From a virus: DNA of 64,000 bases. Positions 60,587 through 64,000 of this stretch are shown piece after piece (within the stretch, counting starts at the first letter, position 1; every line of letters starts with the position of its first letter). The DNA lies in IMG/VR virus record IMGVR_UViG_3300042887_002430, positions 1 through 64,000 of that record; one strand, given 5' to 3'. The notes under the pieces are model-generated. The model was not told the DNA's origin, searched no databases, and was given only the letters and a program-made list of their open reading frames with translations. Made by a program: the position numbers and the translations under genes.

Positions 60587-61559
60587 TACTACCCATCATA
60601 TTCTAATATTTGATATGTCTAATATGTTGTATAAGACATTTTATGTTAACAGTAAAGAAACGGATGAAACCACTTTAATACAGTTAGCATTTACTTCTAG
60701 CTTTGCAACATTAAACAAATATTACAAATTATATAAACCATCCAAAGTCATCTTTGCATTTGATAGGACTAATTGGAGGGCATCATATACACAATCTGCA
60801 GAATGTTATTCTAAAAAATTGTATAAGGGGCATAGACGACAATCTATGACACCTACACAACAACAGATGTATTTGATTTTTAAACAGTTTATTACAGAAT
60901 TTGAAAATGTTATTAGAGCCTGTACAGCTATAACATGTTTATCTGCTGATGGTTTAGAAGCTGATGATATTATTGCTGGTGTCTGTAGGATATATGGTGG
61001 TGAAGATACCGCTCCTGATAATGGATGTACATTTCATGATGTAATAGATGACCATAGTGTCACCATTGTCAGTGCCGATAAAGATTTACTACAGTTATTA
61101 AGATATAAGACTGTAGAATTGATTGACCCTGCCACTGGCAGAAATAGAACCGTTGAAAATACTGGTTTTGAATCGGTGGATTATTATCTTTATGAAAAGT
61201 ATATGACTGGTGATGCTGGTGATAATGTTGCCTCTGCATATCCTAGATATCGTAAGGCAAAGATTAAAGCTGCCTATAATGATGAATATTTGCATAATAA
61301 TTTAATGCAAACTGAATGGACCGATATTGAAGAACGAGTGATAGTGGTTGGTGAAATGGTTAAAGAAAACAAACTATTAACCAATTTAACACACCAACCA
61401 CATGACATTCAGGATAAATTATGGAACACCATTTTAGAAGGATGTAATGCTAAAAAACGTTATGACCATTTCAAATTTTTACAATTCTTGGGAAAATATG
61501 ATTTGGTTATGGTAAGTAAGTATATAGATTCCTATATGCCTATGTTATCATTACGATGA
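60576..61559 (+). CDS. rnh: T4-type RNase H / 5'-3' exonuclease
   Basis: FDMSN, YKGHR, EADDIIA, SADKDLLQL, GDAGDNV. Confidence 0.92.
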   Translation: MKNDTTHHILIFDMSNMLYKTFYVNSKETDETTLIQLAFTSSFATLNKYYKLYKPSKVIFAFDRTNWRASYTQSAECYSKKLYKGHRRQSMTPTQQQMYLIFKQFITEFENVIRACTAITCLSADGLEADDIIAGVCRIYGGEDTAPDNGCTFHDVIDDHSVTIVSADKDLLQLLRYKTVELIDPATGRNRTVENTGFESVDYYLYEKYMTGDAGDNVASAYPRYRKAKIKAAYNDEYLHNNLMQTEWTDIEERVIVVGEMVKENKLLTNLTHQPHDIQDKLWNTILEGCNAKKRYDHFKFLQFLGKYDLVMVSKYIDSYMPMLSLR

Positions 61560-61895
61560 TTTAGCTCCTAACCACGTTGGTGGTGTTAATCCACGGTTTG
61601 TTGGAGTATCATCACCATTGGTTGTAGAATCAATAGTGTACCCCGTTGTTAGCCCTACATAAATTAAAGTCACCATTGACATATCAGCCGTTACTAGATT
61701 ATTAGATAATGCACCAAATATTGCTATTGCGGCGGTGGATAATGATGATATTGTTCCAAAAAAATTAATGGTTCCAAACCATTGATATATTGTGACTTGA
61801 GTTTCTGACCGTACTTTCTTTTTGGCATAATGCCCAATCATACCTAAAAGAGTTGATAACAAAAATATTAATTGATAAGTTGATATGAATTCCAT
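61551..61895 (-). CDS. Holin-like membrane protein
   Basis: Three hydrophobic segments; late promoter at 61920-61927. Confidence 0.55.
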   Translation of the reverse strand: MEFISTYQLIFLLSTLLGMIGHYAKKKVRSETQVTIYQWFGTINFFGTISSLSTAAIAIFGALSNNLVTADMSMVTLIYVGLTTGYTIDSTTNGDDTPTNRGLTPPTWLGAKSS

Positions 61896-62079
61896 CGATT
61901 ATACTCCTTCAAATGTGTATATTTATATAATACTATAAAAAATCATAGACCCGGTAATTGTCAATATAATCAATAAGTTGAAAAAATTACAATAAAATTA
62001 ATAATTTTTATCATGTTCACTTTTTTACATAATAAATATCGCCATAACAAATAGTTATTAATTTTTTTAGGAGTTTTTT

Positions 62080-62499
62080 ATGTCGCAACAAGGTTATAAA
62101 TTTATTGAATGGATGGATTTGGATGGTAGTGGTCTGTTAACAGAAGTAGCTATCATGAAACGATTTCCATCTGGTGATGTTGTATTTTTTAAAGTAAATG
62201 ATTTAGATGTTATTGATAAGCAAAGATTACGAAATATCATTACTAATCGTAATTCTTCATTATATGATGAATTGTGGAAATTATGTGAAATTACTACATT
62301 AGGTAATGGTGTCAATGCTTTATCATTCTTTTCACAATTAGCACAAGTTAGACATCATAATGGTCAGATTTCACCGTTTAATTCTGGTAAAATTTCAGCA
62401 CCTCGCCAAGCAGCACCAGTTAATTTTTCAGAACCAACACCTGATGAAGTAGCACCCAGTTTTGACCAAGTAGCCAAACCAGCAGCAAAAACTAAGTAA
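62080..62499 (+). CDS. Hypothetical phage protein
   Basis: AGGAG RBS; TLGNGVNAL. Confidence 0.65.
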   Translation: MSQQGYKFIEWMDLDGSGLLTEVAIMKRFPSGDVVFFKVNDLDVIDKQRLRNIITNRNSSLYDELWKLCEITTLGNGVNALSFFSQLAQVRHHNGQISPFNSGKISAPRQAAPVNFSEPTPDEVAPSFDQVAKPAAKTK

Positions 62500-62563
62500 A
62501 ATTATCGTCAAACATTCATAAATACAGTAATTGATGGATTAACTTTGTACAAAGGAGTGTACT

Positions 62564-62830
62564 ATGTTTGATGAAGTTAATGATGATGGCGATATTGCAT
62601 CTATGTTTGAAGAACGTGACAGGGAAAGAGCCTTACACCAGGTGTTAGGTAACATTCCCCAAAAACGAGATATAGATGCATTGCTGGAAGATGGAAAACT
62701 TTGTGAATGGTGTGACGATATTATACCTATGGAGAGACAACGAATCGTGTTGACATTATTGAAATCATGTGATTATTGTGTTGAATGTCAAGCACTTATG
62801 GAAAAACAAGATTTATTATATTGGGGTTAA
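62564..62830 (+). CDS. TraR/DksA C4 zinc-finger protein
   Basis: DDGDIA acidic tip; CEWC..IP.ERQ..CVECQ. Confidence 0.85.
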   Translation: MFDEVNDDGDIASMFEERDRERALHQVLGNIPQKRDIDALLEDGKLCEWCDDIIPMERQRIVLTLLKSCDYCVECQALMEKQDLLYWG

Positions 62831-63294
62831 CCAGTTATATGAGTTGTAAACATTGTGGTAATTATTTAATCAACCTTTCAGCAAAATGCTATGATAATTT
62901 TTCATTATCATATGATGACCCTAGATTGGTTGATTATAATAATTTAGGGTTTAAATATGATGGCAAAACATTAGAAGTATCTTATTGTTTACACTGTGGC
63001 AAAGTAGATGGTGATTTTCCAGTAGTTATTAAAGAATTGGAAAGAATCGAATCTCCGGCAGTGTACATTGGTGAAATGATTAAAAAATTCTATGACTATG
63101 TTATGATAGGAGATACTAAACATGCTGATGGTATTATGAGGCAGTTAAGTGTCAGGATGTCCCCTACTGACGTATCCACATTAATCGAATTATGGGCAAA
63201 TTACGAAAGTATCAAAAACGTATATCCACAATATCCAGAATTTGATGAATGTGTTAAAGAGTTTATTGGACGTTATAACAAATACTTATTTTAA
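62785..63294 (+). CDS. Zn-ribbon hypothetical protein
   Basis: CKHC ... YCLHCG. Confidence 0.55.
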   Translation: MSSTYGKTRFIILGLTSYMSCKHCGNYLINLSAKCYDNFSLSYDDPRLVDYNNLGFKYDGKTLEVSYCLHCGKVDGDFPVVIKELERIESPAVYIGEMIKKFYDYVMIGDTKHADGIMRQLSVRMSPTDVSTLIELWANYESIKNVYPQYPEFDECVKEFIGRYNKYLF

Positions 63295-63302
63295 GGTATT
63301 AT

Positions 63303-63605
63303 ATGCTATTAAAAGAAATTGTAAATGGTTTAGATTATGAACATAATGAATTAATCAAAAAAACCATTAGAAAATACGTAAATGACCCACATGTTACTAT
63401 TGATAGTGCGGTAGGGTTAGTAAAAAAAGTCTATGCTGAATTAGGTATAGAAATCCCAAAGTTTGGTGATTCTGCAAAATATAATGATTATGAGGATATT
63501 AATATTTTTGCAGTGAAAGAATTACAGAAATCTACCGAGAAAGGTGTTCGGGATGATAGTTGGAAAATCACTAAAGATGATAGTCCGTTTAATAAAGATG
63601 TTTAA
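63303..63605 (+). CDS. MLLKEI-leader hypothetical protein
   Basis: Shared leader motif. Confidence 0.6.
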   Translation: MLLKEIVNGLDYEHNELIKKTIRKYVNDPHVTIDSAVGLVKKVYAELGIEIPKFGDSAKYNDYEDINIFAVKELQKSTEKGVRDDSWKITKDDSPFNKDV

Positions 63606-63919
63606 TACTTAAATTATTGATTATCAACGATAATCAATAATTTTTATTACTATTTTGTACAAATAATTTAAAATAATTTGCATTATTATACTAAAAATGG
63701 TATAAATATAACTGTGAGGTTGTAAAAATCTTGCAAATGATATTATAAAAGTGACAACAAATGGAAAACGATTTAACCCAAGGTATAGATTCCTATACTT
63801 TGAATTTTTGTTTTAACGAATGGTGTTTACTTACGGTAGGTGAGAGTCCTACCAAACACTGTCCACCTCATGCTCCGAACCATTGCTGTTTAATGGTCAG
63901 TAGCATAAAGGAGATTTTT

Positions 63920-64000
63920 ATGGTAAGAATTAGTTTTATATTGGGGTGTATGTTATTATCACCTATGGCATTTGCTAAAGATGTTGCTAACAATTTAGAT
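63920..64000 (+). CDS. Secreted protein, partial (signal peptide)
   Basis: AAGGAG RBS; MVRISFILGCMLLSPMAFA|KD. Confidence 0.6.
   Translation, partial: MVRISFILGCMLLSPMAFAKDVANNLD

Noticed and set aside
3316-62315. Many short antisense or alternative-frame ORFs in the track (e.g. 5200, 8699, 15518, 22371, 33164, 37848, 53755)
   Set aside because: They lie almost wholly within well-supported genes and show no recognisable motifs.
63823-63865. tRNA gene
   Set aside because: T-arm/acceptor-like stems only; no D or anticodon arm and no TTCG loop.

Overview
AT-rich, densely coded segment of a large T4-like (probably jumbo) myophage; the host is probably gammaproteobacterial, inferred from the NrdAB, DnaJ, HldD and TraR types. 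Core T4-like genes: UvsW/UvsY/UvsX/gp32, gp41, portal gp20, baseplate genes, NrdAB, primase, ThyA/DHFR, RuvC, gp46/47, late sigma gp55, gp43, gp45 and RNase H. Auxiliary genes include CysC, a Nampt+Nmnat-Nudix NAD salvage pair, dUTPase and DnaJ. Highlights: (1) UvsW is fractured into two genes joined by a naturally split intein in the DExH box. The C-half starts at 230 and is missing from the ORF track. The N-half also carries a class-3 cis intein; there are five inteins in all, including one in the portal. (2) At least ten unrelated proteins share an N-terminal M-[KL]-L-x-E-[ILV] leader, mostly behind late promoters. This looks like a capsid-targeting signal for an injected enzyme arsenal (ADP-ribosyltransferase-like, kinases, GNAT, papain-like, SWIM, GP88-like). 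(3) A PolA-fold protein lies beside a 27-bp iteron array at a strand switch, a candidate origin and initiator. (4) Two diverged, catalytically intact, TnpA-less TnpB elements with definable ends and different guides. (5) Several promoter-driven non-coding structured segments. All assignments are from motif reading by eye; no database search was run.
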